Positions 49,247-58,754 of a DNA stretch of 64,000 bases are shown here, in pieces. A program made the position numbers and the translations under genes. Source of the stretch: an uncultured Gammaproteobacteria bacterium (lineage in GTDB: Bacteria; Patescibacteriota; Patescibacteriia; S139-126); the NCBI GenBank assembly GCA_964620905.1, contig CAZUKA010000001.1:583646-647645 (forward strand), written 5' to 3'. The notes under the pieces were generated by a model. That model was not told the DNA's origin. It ran no database searches and was given only the letters and a program-made list of their open reading frames with translations. How positions within the stretch are numbered: position 1 is the stretch's first letter; each line of letters begins with the position of its first letter.

Positions 49247-49624
49247 TCACAAAATAGTTTGGTCTTCAGCGCGCCAAGCCGGAGCGGAAATAACATAAAA
49301 TTTTACTGGTACCACAGTATTGTTTACAATTTGGTGGGGTTCTTGGGGAGCGATGTATAAAACATCACCTGAGTACATAATTCCTTTGAAGGTATTTACA
49401 TAAATGTCAGCTATACCCTCAATCATGATATATACTTCAGCTCCCTGATTGGTATGTCTTGGGGAACTGACACCTGGATCCAATACAACCTTAGCAACGC
49501 TAATATTTTTACTGCCACCCAATTTGTCTGGCAGACCAATCATTTCAAAAATTTTTTCTCCCGTGGAGGAGATGATGGGGCTATCTAGCCATTCATGAGC
49601 TACATGTTTCATTTTATCCCCCAA
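49247..49624 (-). CDS. cupin-domain protein
   Basis: 125 aa; VLDPGVSSPRHTNQGAEVYIMIEG cupin motif 1. Confidence 0.5.
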   Translation of the reverse strand: MGDKMKHVAHEWLDSPIISSTGEKIFEMIGLPDKLGGSKNISVAKVVLDPGVSSPRHTNQGAEVYIMIEGIADIYVNTFKGIMYSGDVLYIAPQEPHQIVNNTVVPVKFYVISAPAWRAEDQTIL

Positions 49625-50058
49625 ATTTTTTGAAATAAAAAATATTTGTCTTTGTATAAGACCAACGCTAGTCCGGTTTGATCTGGATTTATTACCACAC
49701 TGGGAAAACTTTGCAATATTTTTTGTGATAACTCATCTCTACTAAAAAAAGCATATTCCTCTATTAGAATATAATCGTCATCAACTAACCTTTTTTTAAT
49801 CAACCACCACCACCAGCGACGTAGCTGAGTATAAATTACCCAAAAAATAAGCGCAACCAAAAAGGTAAAAGTAATAGAACTCCAGATAAGCCTGGTTAAA
49901 TTGGGTGCGGTTTTACCAGAATCAATAAAATTGGAGAATAAAAAAGGATAAAACAATAGTGCCAGCAACAAAATGGCAATGGTTAATAAAATTGGCACAG
50001 CCTTTACTTCATAGTAAGGAATCTCAACTTTTTTCAAAGTGAAATCTTGAAAATGCAT
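49609..50058 (-). CDS. hypothetical membrane protein
   Basis: 149 aa, 2-3 TM. Confidence 0.3.
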   Translation of the reverse strand: MHFQDFTLKKVEIPYYEVKAVPILLTIAILLLALLFYPFLFSNFIDSGKTAPNLTRLIWSSITFTFLVALIFWVIYTQLRRWWWWLIKKRLVDDDYILIEEYAFFSRDELSQKILQSFPSVVINPDQTGLALVLYKDKYFLFQKIWGIK

Positions 50059-50172
50059 AATACACCTCTTTTTTGTGATTTTTTTTGAATTGAATTGTCA
50101 ATGAAACAATAGAATAAACTAACACAAAAAAACCACGGCGTCAACCGTAGTTTTTGTTTGTCAAAAATAATC

Positions 50173-50430
50173 TTACATCGCTGGTGGGGTACTAGTTGGC
50201 GGCGTATTCGGTGGGGTTTGAGTTTTTACTTCAGCTGGTTTTACTTTGCAGGTGGAAAAACCAAGTACCTGATAGATTCCACACCAACCAATCGCTCCAG
50301 TAGCCAGTACCACCAACCCGACCACCCACAACCAAACAGTGGCATACTGCATACCCAATGCCACTAGCGCCAGCCCCGCCACCACGCGGATTATCCGATC
50401 AATCGTGCCTTCATTCTTTTTTAATTTCAT
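50173..50430 (-). CDS. DUF2892 (YgaP C-terminal-like) small membrane protein
   Basis: GTIDRIIRVVAGLALVALG...GAIGWCGIYQVLGFSTC pattern. Confidence 0.55.
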   Translation of the reverse strand: MKLKKNEGTIDRIIRVVAGLALVALGMQYATVWLWVVGLVVLATGAIGWCGIYQVLGFSTCKVKPAEVKTQTPPNTPPTSTPPAM

Positions 50431-50482
50431 AAATAAATATTAATGTTTATAATTTAATTCTACTCCTTTATATATAAGTAAG

Positions 50483-50878
50483 CTACCTGTTTAAATAAGT
50501 GATGGTAAGTTGAAGTACAGTAGCAAAACACACCCACAGCAAATAAGGGATATTTATAAAAGTTACCCATTTGAGGTGCGGATAAATCGCCACTAGCGCC
50601 CAAACCAAAGTAATTAGCACCAGTACAATATCAATTGCCGCTAGTAAATTGTTTTTCAAACCAAACTGCAAGGGAGTAAAAGCGAAATTGAAAAACAAAT
50701 TCAACACAAACGGCCACGCCAGTGCCAGGGGGAGTTGTTTGGTAAAAATTTTGTAAAACACTGTGCCAAAAGAAACAGCGATGATGGCATAAAGTGCGGT
50801 CCAAACTGGACCAAACAAAAAGGGTGGCGGTGCCCAGGCGGGTTTGATTAAAGTTTGATACCAATTGAAAGAGTTCAT
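50483..50878 (-). CDS. TspO/MBR-family tryptophan-rich membrane protein (short)
   Basis: IKPAWAPPPFLFGPVWTALY motif. Confidence 0.5.
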   Translation of the reverse strand: MNSFNWYQTLIKPAWAPPPFLFGPVWTALYAIIAVSFGTVFYKIFTKQLPLALAWPFVLNLFFNFAFTPLQFGLKNNLLAAIDIVLVLITLVWALVAIYPHLKWVTFINIPYLLWVCFATVLQLTITYLNR

Positions 50879-50910
50879 AGATTTTAAAACTGTTTAATTA
50901 ATATCTAGAT

Positions 50911-51675
50911 TTATTGTAAAATCCTGATTGATCTATCCCAATTATAATTGGGGTCAGTTAAACTTGAACCGTCAGAGGCAGCGGAATATTGCCCGATGCT
51001 AACAAATAAATATTTACTCGGTACGTTTTTATTGTAAAGAAAATAGGCAATACCATTGGTGGTGGTATAAACTGACGGACACTTATCGGCATTTTCCCAC
51101 CAGGGTGCATCTGGCGCATTGGGAGTCGTAGGAAAATTAATATAAGCTTTATTATAATCAACTAGCTCTTGTTGGGTTGCTTGAAAGGATTCACTATAAT
51201 CTGACACTTTAACAAAACAATCAGTTGGATTGTAACCTGACAAAAATCTTTGTTCTATGGCTTGGGCCAGAGATATGTTTGGATCTTTATCAAAAACTTC
51301 AAGCCATTGACCGTCAGACCCATCTACCATAATTTTATTTTCAGATTCATTTATCTCTACCGTTGGCTTGAAATCAAATGGTAAATAAGTAAACCCTACC
51401 CCTAAATTCTTTGAATAGAAGATTTGTGTGCCAGCTCGTTTTTCATCCAGAGCAAAAATTGTAGCTAAATCTGGTTTTGCAGATGAATCAGCCGTTGGCT
51501 CTGGTTCTGCTTGAGGAGTATCGTTGTCTGTTGGGATGTTGATTGGTGTGCCGGTATTTTTATTTTCTTTATTTTCCAATGACCCTTTAGTAAAAAATAA
51601 ATATCCAACAATACCCATCAACAATAAAACCGCGATGACGATTGTGGTTTTTGTACAGCCTTTTTGTTGCCTCAT
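50911..51675 (-). CDS. secreted hypothetical protein
   Basis: Signal anchor, 254 aa. Confidence 0.3.
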   Translation of the reverse strand: MRQQKGCTKTTIVIAVLLLMGIVGYLFFTKGSLENKENKNTGTPINIPTDNDTPQAEPEPTADSSAKPDLATIFALDEKRAGTQIFYSKNLGVGFTYLPFDFKPTVEINESENKIMVDGSDGQWLEVFDKDPNISLAQAIEQRFLSGYNPTDCFVKVSDYSESFQATQQELVDYNKAYINFPTTPNAPDAPWWENADKCPSVYTTTNGIAYFLYNKNVPSKYLFVSIGQYSAASDGSSLTDPNYNWDRSIRILQ

Positions 51676-51743
51676 GTGATTTGAAATTAATTTTATATTT
51701 TATTGGATCTACTAATAATTTAAGAATATCAATAAAAATTCAA

Positions 51744-51833
51744 TGGCGGAGAGGGTGGGATTTGAACCCACGAAGGACTTTCATCCTTACCGCATTTCGA
51801 GTGCGGCGCCTTCAACCACTCAGCCACCTCTCC
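51744..51833 (-). tRNA. tRNA-Ser (anticodon CGA), long variable arm
   Basis: Reverse strand GGAGAGGTGGCTGAGTGGTTGAAGGCG...anticodon loop CUCGAAA...variable arm...GGGTTCAAATCCCACCCTCTCCGCCA. Confidence 0.85.
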
Positions 51834-52052
51834 AGGTTGGAATATAGAATTTAGAATCTAGAATTAAGAATAAATTATATTAATATTTATTCATTAATCT
51901 TAGTAAATATATTATATCTTTTTAATAATATTAAGACAAAGATTTACAAACTAATTAAAAAATAATTTTAAAATAATTATAAAATTATAATTTTCTACTT
52001 TATTAATTTTTGCGCTATACTTAATATTATTATTATTAAATAACTAAAACAT

Positions 52053-52793
52053 ATGTCCACAAATAAAAAAACTGCTATAGTAACTGGTGCCAAACAAGGC
52101 ATTGGCAAAGGCATTGCTCTGCTGCTGGCTAAAAATAAATACAACGTGGTGGTAGCTGACCTGGATCTAGCTGCTTGTCTACAAGTAGTCAAAGAAATAA
52201 AAAAAATAGGTGGTGATGCCTTGGCTATAAAATGTGATGTATCCAAAAAGTCTGAGGTTAAAGCGCTGATTGATCAAACAGTCAAAAAATTTAAACAAGT
52301 TGATGTGTTGGTAAACAATGCTGGGATCTTCCCGTTTGTCCCTTTTGCCAAAATGACCGAAGCGGATTGGGACAAGGTGATGAATGTCAATGTCAAGAGC
52401 GTTTACTATACTTGCCAAGCTGCATTGCCAGTGATGCCCAAGGGTGGGCATATTATCAATATCTCCTCAATTGCTAGTGTAGTAGGTTTTGCTGGACTCA
52501 CACATTACTGTACTTCCAAAGGAGCACTCAATGCGATGGTTAGAGCTTTGGCCTTGGAAGTGGCTGACCGAAATATAACCGTAAACAATGTAGCCCCAGG
52601 CGCAATTACTACCCCAGGTGCTAGTAGTGCTGCCAATGAAGAAACAATCAAACAGACAGTAGCAATGATACCTCTGGCGCGAATGGGACAACCTGAAGAC
52701 ATTGCTGGTGCCGTTGTATTTTTAGCCTCACCGCAAGCTAGCTATATTACTGGTCAAACAATTGTAGTCGATGGTGGTTGGACTTTACGCTAA
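52053..52793 (+). CDS. SDR-family oxidoreductase (3-oxoacyl-ACP reductase FabG-like)
   Basis: [12 protein letters not shown] (TGxxxGIG), NNAG, catalytic YCTSK. Confidence 0.7.
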   Translation: MSTNKKTAIVTGAKQGIGKGIALLLAKNKYNVVVADLDLAACLQVVKEIKKIGGDALAIKCDVSKKSEVKALIDQTVKKFKQVDVLVNNAGIFPFVPFAKMTEADWDKVMNVNVKSVYYTCQAALPVMPKGGHIINISSIASVVGFAGLTHYCTSKGALNAMVRALALEVADRNITVNNVAPGAITTPGASSAANEETIKQTVAMIPLARMGQPEDIAGAVVFLASPQASYITGQTIVVDGGWTLR

Positions 52794-52905
52794 ACGTTTT
52801 TTACCAAAAAACGCCCCAGCAATAAAAGTGGGGTGTTTTTTATTTAGTTAACTTGGATAAAACTGCCAATTTTTGTTATAATAAAATCGAACTTTAAACT
52901 TTTTC

Positions 52906-53790
52906 ATGGCCAAAAAATTCAATCATCCGATCAGAAAAGTAGTCATTCCCGTAGCTGGCTTGGGAACCAGATTTTTGCCAGCCACCAAAGCAATACCTAA
53001 AGAGATGTTGCCGATTTTGGATAAACCGATTTTGCAATATGTGGTCGAGGAAGCAGTGGCCTCTGGGATTACCGATATAATTTTTGTTACTTCTTATACC
53101 AAACGCGCCTGCGAAGATCATTTTGATCGCACGCCCGAACTGGAAGAAACATTGAAAAACAACCCGGCCAAAAAAGACCTATACGAAAAAATCAAACAGA
53201 TCTCCCAGCAAGCCAACTTTATCTATATCAGGCAAAAAGGACCTTACGGCAATGGCACCCCGATTTTAAACGCCAAACCAATCGTCGGTAATGAACCTTT
53301 CGCCATGCTGTGGGGAGACGAGGTGTTTGACTGCCCGACTAAACCTAGACTGTTGCAACTGATTGAAGTGTTTCAAAAATACGGCGATCCAGTGACTACT
53401 GGCTATCAAGTACCTCGTAGTGATGCAGCTAAATACGGAATGCTCAAAGGTGTCAAAGTAGAACCAACTGTTTACCAAGTAGAAAAAATAGTGGAAAAAC
53501 CAGGACCAAAAAATACTCCTTCACTGATTGCCAATTTGGGTGGTTATGTACTAACTCCTGACATTTTTCCAATTTTAGAAAAAACTAAACTAGGCAAAGG
53601 CAATGAACTGTGGCTAGTTGATGCGGTTGATGCCTTGGGTAAAACCCGAGCCATTTATTCCAAAATTGTCGACGGGGTGTATTATGATACTGGCAACAAG
53701 TTGACTTGGTTGAAAGCCAATATTGCTTTTGGTCTTAAAGATAAAGAGACCAAAAACGAATTGAAAAAATATTTACGAAAATTGATTTAA
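52906..53790 (+). CDS. galU: UTP--glucose-1-phosphate uridylyltransferase
   Basis: VIPVAGLGTRFLPATKAIPKEMLPILDKPILQYVVEEA N-terminal signature. Confidence 0.85.
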   Translation: MAKKFNHPIRKVVIPVAGLGTRFLPATKAIPKEMLPILDKPILQYVVEEAVASGITDIIFVTSYTKRACEDHFDRTPELEETLKNNPAKKDLYEKIKQISQQANFIYIRQKGPYGNGTPILNAKPIVGNEPFAMLWGDEVFDCPTKPRLLQLIEVFQKYGDPVTTGYQVPRSDAAKYGMLKGVKVEPTVYQVEKIVEKPGPKNTPSLIANLGGYVLTPDIFPILEKTKLGKGNELWLVDAVDALGKTRAIYSKIVDGVYYDTGNKLTWLKANIAFGLKDKETKNELKKYLRKLI

Positions 53791-53799
53791 ATTTATTTT

Positions 53800-55206
53800 A
53801 TGAACCAGCTTAACAAAATAAAACTTATTGGTCTGACAATTGTTATGCTGTCTTTGCCGCTACTTGGCATCGGGTGTAAAGGTGGAGATTTGGAAGCACA
53901 AAAAGCGGCCAAACCAATTACTTTGAAAATTTGGGGGGTATGGGATGAACAAGATTTATTGCAAGATATTTTCACTGAATACAAAAAAACTAGGCCCAAT
54001 GTCAGCTTTGAATACCGCAAACTTCGGATCGAAGAGTATGAGCGAGCTTTACTGGAAGCTTGGGCCGAAAACCGGGGTCCTGATATTTTTATGGTACACA
54101 ATACTTGGGTGACCTCCTACCTGACAAAACTGGAACCATTGCCTAGCAGTTTGTCTTTACCCGTACAAACCGTCAAAGGTAGCCTAAAAAAAGAAGTGGT
54201 TTGGGAACTAAAAAGCTTCCCTACTCTGACTGTAAACCAAGTAGATGAAAAATTCGTCAAAGTAGTCAAAGACGATATTATCAGAAACAATCAAATTTAT
54301 GGACTACCTCTAGGACTTGATACTTTGGCGCTTTATTACAATAAAACTATATTCAACAACGCCGGAATTGCCACTCCACCTACCACCTGGGCCGAATTTA
54401 AACAAGCGGTTCTAGCGATCACTCAACTTGATCCTGATAACAAAATCATCCGCAGCGCTGTAGCGATGGGACGTGGTGACAATGTTGAACGCGGCACAGA
54501 TTTACTGTCAGTGTTGATGATGCAAAACGGCGCTCAAATGTTGGGGGTAGATAATTTACCTGCCTTTGATAAAATTCCTCAGGGTGGCAGTCAAAATTAT
54601 CATCCCGGTGAACAAGCTTTAATTTTTTACACTGATTTTGCTAACCCCATCAAAGAAGTCTACACTTGGAATCAAACCTTGCCCAATTCGGTTGATGCGT
54701 TTGCTCAAGGACTAACCGCCATGATGTTTGGCTACTCTTATCACGCACCGTTGATTCGTGCTCGTGGACCGAGAGTAGATTTTGGTATCACCGCTTTGCC
54801 CCAAATTGATCCGTTGGCCAAAAAATACAACTTTGCCAATTATTGGTTGTTGGGAGTTTCTCCCCGCGGGGAAAAACAAAGCAAAGCCACTGCCTGGGAT
54901 TTTATTTTGTTTGCCACCACCAAACCAGGCCCGAATGAAAAATATCTGACCAAAGCAAACAAAGCTCCTGCACTAAAAGAGTTGATTGCCAAACAGCAAA
55001 ATAATCCTGACACTTCGATCTTTACCCAACAAGCTCTAACTGCCGAAAGTTGGTACCGAGGGTACAATCCCACTGCCGCAGAAGAAATAGTCAAACAGTT
55101 GATTGCCGCAGTCAATCAAGGAAATTTTTCTAGTCTGAGCGCCCTGATGCGCAACAGTGTCGAACAACTAAAACAAACTTATCTTAGACCATCATATGCC
55201 AATTAA
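53800..55206 (+). CDS. extracellular solute-binding lipoprotein (ABC SBP family 1-like)
   Basis: Lipobox GIGC; 468 aa; sugar-SBP-like features. Confidence 0.5.
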   Translation: MNQLNKIKLIGLTIVMLSLPLLGIGCKGGDLEAQKAAKPITLKIWGVWDEQDLLQDIFTEYKKTRPNVSFEYRKLRIEEYERALLEAWAENRGPDIFMVHNTWVTSYLTKLEPLPSSLSLPVQTVKGSLKKEVVWELKSFPTLTVNQVDEKFVKVVKDDIIRNNQIYGLPLGLDTLALYYNKTIFNNAGIATPPTTWAEFKQAVLAITQLDPDNKIIRSAVAMGRGDNVERGTDLLSVLMMQNGAQMLGVDNLPAFDKIPQGGSQNYHPGEQALIFYTDFANPIKEVYTWNQTLPNSVDAFAQGLTAMMFGYSYHAPLIRARGPRVDFGITALPQIDPLAKKYNFANYWLLGVSPRGEKQSKATAWDFILFATTKPGPNEKYLTKANKAPALKELIAKQQNNPDTSIFTQQALTAESWYRGYNPTAAEEIVKQLIAAVNQGNFSSLSALMRNSVEQLKQTYLRPSYAN

Positions 55207-55834
55207 AAAAATTTATTTTATCTTGCTGATTTTATTTTTTTTGTTTGTACCCTGGCTGACCCATGCCCAAACCTCGGGTTTTATCCCCTCGGACTGTCTG
55301 TCTGGTGGGGCGGAAAAGTGTGATTTGGTTGATTTGGTACAATTGTTTGCCAATTTTTATCTATTTTTAGTCAAATATGTGGGCGCGTTGGCTTTGCTTT
55401 TATTTGTGATTGGTGGGGTAGTTTTTATCACTGCCGGTGGCAATCAAGAACGAATCACCCGCGGTCGGCATATCTTGATTGGTACTTTGATTGGCCTGTT
55501 TATCGTTATGACTAGCTATATTATTGTTCTGCAAATTCAAAAATTTATTGGCGTGAGCGGTGAATATCAACTCCAATCATCACAAAACAATCAAACTGAA
55601 TGCGTGGGTAAAAATGATGGTATTTCTTGCCGCGGACCAGCGGGTAACGTTTATGTTTGTATCAATCAAATTTGTCAAAACGGACAAGGTGCAGGTATAA
55701 AAACTTTTTGCGAATATAACCGAAGTGGTACTTGTATTGATAATTGCAGTACCACCAACTGCCAAAATGGAACTTGTCAGCCTGGTTTCTGTGATGGTGG
55801 TGACACTAGACTTTGTTGTGTACCCAATCCGTAA
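55196..55834 (+). CDS. VirB2/TrbC-like two-TM pilin-like protein with Cys-rich C-terminal extension (paralog 1)
   Basis: Signal peptide; TM1-FITAGGNQE-loop-TM2 core; C-terminal 80 aa with 17 Cys. Confidence 0.45.
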   Translation: MPIKKIYFILLILFFLFVPWLTHAQTSGFIPSDCLSGGAEKCDLVDLVQLFANFYLFLVKYVGALALLLFVIGGVVFITAGGNQERITRGRHILIGTLIGLFIVMTSYIIVLQIQKFIGVSGEYQLQSSQNNQTECVGKNDGISCRGPAGNVYVCINQICQNGQGAGIKTFCEYNRSGTCIDNCSTTNCQNGTCQPGFCDGGDTRLCCVPNP

Positions 55835-55855
55835 AGCTAAAAGTGCAAAAATCAT

Positions 55856-55884
55856 TTTACAAAATAATTAATATATGTTATAAT
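55856..55884 (+). promoter_or_regulatory. sigma70-like promoter TTTACA-17-TATAAT
   Basis: Consensus hexamers and spacing upstream of pilin-like gene 55953. Confidence 0.4.
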
Positions 55885-55885
55885 A

Positions 55886-55917
55886 CAATTACCTTATAAA
55901 AAATTATAAGGTAATTG
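55886..55917. promoter_or_regulatory. 14-bp perfect palindrome CAATTACCTTATAA-AAAA-TTATAAGGTAATTG overlapping predicted TSS, between promoter and RBS
   Basis: seen in sequence. Confidence 0.4.
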
Positions 55918-55952
55918 ATTTAAAATCATAATTTTAGAAAGGGGGTGACATT

Positions 55953-56315
55953 ATGAAAAAACAAATTTTATCCCTTGGTATTTTGTCACTTTTATTAGTC
56001 CCAATGGCAGCCGCTGCTGACACTTTTGGTACTGGTTATGGCAGCCTCATCGGCCTGGGAACACAAGATGTACGTGAAACTATTGCTCGGATTATCAACG
56101 TAGTTTTGGGAATTTTGGGTATCGTCGTTACTTTAATTATTATCGCGGGTGGTTTCCGTTGGATGACTGCCGGTGGTAACGAAGAAGCGGTTGGACAAGC
56201 TAAAAAAATTATCAGCGCTGGCGTAATTGGTTTATTGATTATCATCATCGCTTACGCGCTTTCTACTTGGATCTTCAGCGTGATTATTGGTGCAACAACT
56301 GAAGCAACAGCATAG
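55953..56315 (+). CDS. VirB2/TrbC-like pilin-like protein (paralog 2)
   Basis: Signal peptide, GILGIVVTLIIIAGGFRWMTAGGNEEAVGQAKKII...IGLLIIIIAYALSTW. Confidence 0.5.
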   Translation: MKKQILSLGILSLLLVPMAAAADTFGTGYGSLIGLGTQDVRETIARIINVVLGILGIVVTLIIIAGGFRWMTAGGNEEAVGQAKKIISAGVIGLLIIIIAYALSTWIFSVIIGATTEATA

Positions 56316-56334
56316 TAATGAATAATACTTTTGA

Positions 56335-57000
56335 ATGAATTTTTATTTTATCAAAATAAAAAATCTTTCAGTCCACATCACGGTGGCTATCATTTTGATA
56401 GCCACCGTGTTAGTTGGTGGCCAATTGGCCTGGGCAGCGGAAAATTCCACTCCCCAAGCAAATGAGGTCACTATCTTTTCCCTAGCTAAAAGTGAGGCAG
56501 TTTCCAATTTAGACAAAGCTGCTAATCTTAGTGGCTTAAAAAGTGAAGGTACACTAGGCACCAAAGTTGGTACGATCATCAATGGGGTCTTGAGTTTTAT
56601 TGGCGTGGTACTGCTGGTTCTTTTCATCTATGGCGGCTGGACCTGGATGACCGCTGGTGGCAATGAAGAAAAAGTCAGGCAAGCCAATAAAATTTTGGCT
56701 AGTGCCATCATTGGATTTGTTTTGATATTTATGTCTTACGCACTGACTAATTTTTGGGCTAAACAATTTTTCCCAGTTTATACTCAACCTCCAGGGATTG
56801 ATGGTGGCGGAGGACTTATTGAACCTGATCCCTTAGGGGATATTGGTGCTTGTATCACTTTAACCAGTCCTCCTTCCAATCAAGCCAGTTGTAGCAATTC
56901 GGTCTTGCAGGAAAATTGTTTGACACCAAAAATCTTTTATATCAATTTTACTTGCGATCAACTGTGTACTGGTATTAACCCACCTTATAATTGTCAATAA
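56335..57000 (+). CDS. VirB2/TrbC-like pilin-like protein with Gly/Cys-rich C-terminal extension (paralog 3)
   Basis: IYGGWTWMTAGGNEEKVRQANKIL core; C-term PPGIDGGGGLIEPD... with 8 Cys. Confidence 0.45.
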   Translation: MNFYFIKIKNLSVHITVAIILIATVLVGGQLAWAAENSTPQANEVTIFSLAKSEAVSNLDKAANLSGLKSEGTLGTKVGTIINGVLSFIGVVLLVLFIYGGWTWMTAGGNEEKVRQANKILASAIIGFVLIFMSYALTNFWAKQFFPVYTQPPGIDGGGGLIEPDPLGDIGACITLTSPPSNQASCSNSVLQENCLTPKIFYINFTCDQLCTGINPPYNCQ

Positions 57001-57384
57001 ATGTTAAATTATAAACAAAAAATATTTTCTACCTTTCTCAAAAACATTGTACTCGTGACATTTATTCTTTGGCCCCAACTATCATCAGCTGTGTCACCTG
57101 GCAGTATGCTAAAAGACGCTGGCGATGCTAGCAAACTTGCTAATCCCTCTTTACCTGAAGTGATTGGCAGTGTAATCAATGCTGCTTTGGGAATACTAGG
57201 AACTATTTTTTTGGTGCTGATAATTTATGCGGGCTTTACTTGGATGACCGCCGGTGGCAATGAAGAGAAAATTCAAAAAGCCCAAAAAATTATTCGCAAC
57301 TCAACTATTGGCCTATTGATCGTGGCTTTGGCTTTTGCTATCACCCAATTTGTCTTTAAGACTTTGATTGAAGCAGGATTATAA
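57001..57384 (+). CDS. VirB2/TrbC-like pilin-like protein (paralog 4)
   Basis: IYAGFTWMTAGGNEEKIQKAQKII core. Confidence 0.5.
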   Translation: MLNYKQKIFSTFLKNIVLVTFILWPQLSSAVSPGSMLKDAGDASKLANPSLPEVIGSVINAALGILGTIFLVLIIYAGFTWMTAGGNEEKIQKAQKIIRNSTIGLLIVALAFAITQFVFKTLIEAGL

Positions 57385-57775
57385 TATGAAAAAAATAAAA
57401 AATACACTACTAATTTTCTTTTTATCCTTGGCAACTATTCCCACTTTGGCTCAAGCTAGTATTTTGCAAGATGCTCTGTCCACTGCTGAAGTAACCAATC
57501 AAAAAGCCAAACTAGCAGAAACTGCCAATCCAGCCTTTTTGACCGGAGAAATAATAAAATATGCCCTAGGCTTTGTAGGTACAATTTTTCTAGTACTTAT
57601 CATCTACGGTGGTTTTTTGTGGATGACCGCAGCTGGCAATGACCAACAAATCGACAAAGCTAAAAAAATTCTGACCAATTCTACTGTGGGTTTATTAATA
57701 GTCGTATTGGCCTATGCTTTGTCTTTGTTTATTATCAATGTGATTCTCAAAGCCACCAGCGGCGAGCCGATTTAA
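57368..57775 (+). CDS. VirB2/TrbC-like pilin-like protein (paralog 5)
   Basis: IYGGFLWMTAAGNDQQIDKAKKIL core. Confidence 0.5.
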   Translation: MKQDYNMKKIKNTLLIFFLSLATIPTLAQASILQDALSTAEVTNQKAKLAETANPAFLTGEIIKYALGFVGTIFLVLIIYGGFLWMTAAGNDQQIDKAKKILTNSTVGLLIVVLAYALSLFIINVILKATSGEPI

Positions 57776-57779
57776 TTAT

Positions 57780-58193
57780 ATGAACAAAAAAACTATCAAA
57801 ATACTACTGGTAATAATGATTTGGAGTGGTTTTTTCTTTTCTGCCACAACTCCCCTACTAGCAACCAGCACTGATGCGGGCACAAAAATAAAACAAGGTA
57901 TAATCGACACTGGTATAGCAGCTGAACTGGGCAATGCTGATACAGATATAAGAGAAACTACTGCCTTGATCATCAGATACTTACTTGGTTTTTTAGGAAT
58001 TTTATTCACCATCCTAATAATCTACGGTGGTTTTTTGTGGATGACCGCAGCTGGCAATGACCAACAAATTGATAAAGCCAGAAAAATTTTAACCCAAGCA
58101 GCGATTGGACTATTGATTGTCGTTTTGGCCTATGCTTTATCTAGTTGGATATTTAAAATAATCCTCAGAGCTACTTACGATCCGTGGGCTTGA
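57780..58193 (+). CDS. VirB2/TrbC-like pilin-like protein (paralog 6)
   Basis: IYGGFLWMTAAGNDQQIDKARKIL core, near-identical to paralog 5 in the TM hairpin. Confidence 0.5.
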   Translation: MNKKTIKILLVIMIWSGFFFSATTPLLATSTDAGTKIKQGIIDTGIAAELGNADTDIRETTALIIRYLLGFLGILFTILIIYGGFLWMTAAGNDQQIDKARKILTQAAIGLLIVVLAYALSSWIFKIILRATYDPWA

Positions 58194-58210
58194 TAATTAT
58201 TTATTAAATT

Positions 58211-58242
58211 AAAAAGCGGAAATTTTATTTCCGCTTTTTTTG
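58211..58242. terminator. hairpin AGCGGAAAT-TTT-ATTTCCGCT + T7 (bidirectional)
   Basis: Perfect 9-bp stem. Confidence 0.6.
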
Positions 58243-58259
58243 TTGAAAAATTATTTTAA

Positions 58260-58646
58260 TTATTCTTTTTGTTGCTTCTTTTGTCGCTCCTGATTATACC
58301 TATTTACTGCATCTATCTGCATATCTAGATTTTGCTGACGACTGCCAGCATAACCTTGATAATAACCATGCCCATAAGGCGCAATAATTTGAACGTCACG
58401 ATCCTTCATGTTCGTGATATACATTAATTGCAACGCCCGGTCAGGGGCAGATAAAGAAGTATCGGTTATGGTAATTAAGGTACCAATCTGTTTTGTTGCC
58501 GCATTTAACTCTTCTGTATTGTATAGAGTTAGATCAGCATTAACCTGGGAATTTGGAGTGTTGATTTGATACTGAATGGTTGATGCACAACCGATAAATA
58601 AAGTAATAGCAAATAAAGCAACAACAAAAATTAGTAAATTTTTCAT
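58260..58646 (-). CDS. lipoprotein, hypothetical
   Basis: Lipobox FIGC. Confidence 0.35.
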   Translation of the reverse strand: MKNLLIFVVALFAITLFIGCASTIQYQINTPNSQVNADLTLYNTEELNAATKQIGTLITITDTSLSAPDRALQLMYITNMKDRDVQIIAPYGHGYYQGYAGSRQQNLDMQIDAVNRYNQERQKKQQKE

Positions 58647-58719
58647 GACTATCTCCTTGGGATTTGTTTATAAATAAATTGTTAAATAAATCATACAATT
58701 ATAGCGCATTTTGGTAAAT

Positions 58720-58748
58720 TTGTCAATCTTGCAAATACGCGGCATAAT
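58720..58748 (+). promoter_or_regulatory. sigma70-like promoter TTGTCA-17-CATAAT ending 6 nt before ATG (possibly leaderless mRNA)
   Basis: seen in sequence. Confidence 0.35.
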
Positions 58749-58754
58749 TAGATT

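Noticed and set aside
53800-55206. Complete ABC sugar transporter operon
   Set aside because: Only the solute-binding lipoprotein is present. No permease or ATPase genes follow, as the pilin-like array begins immediately.
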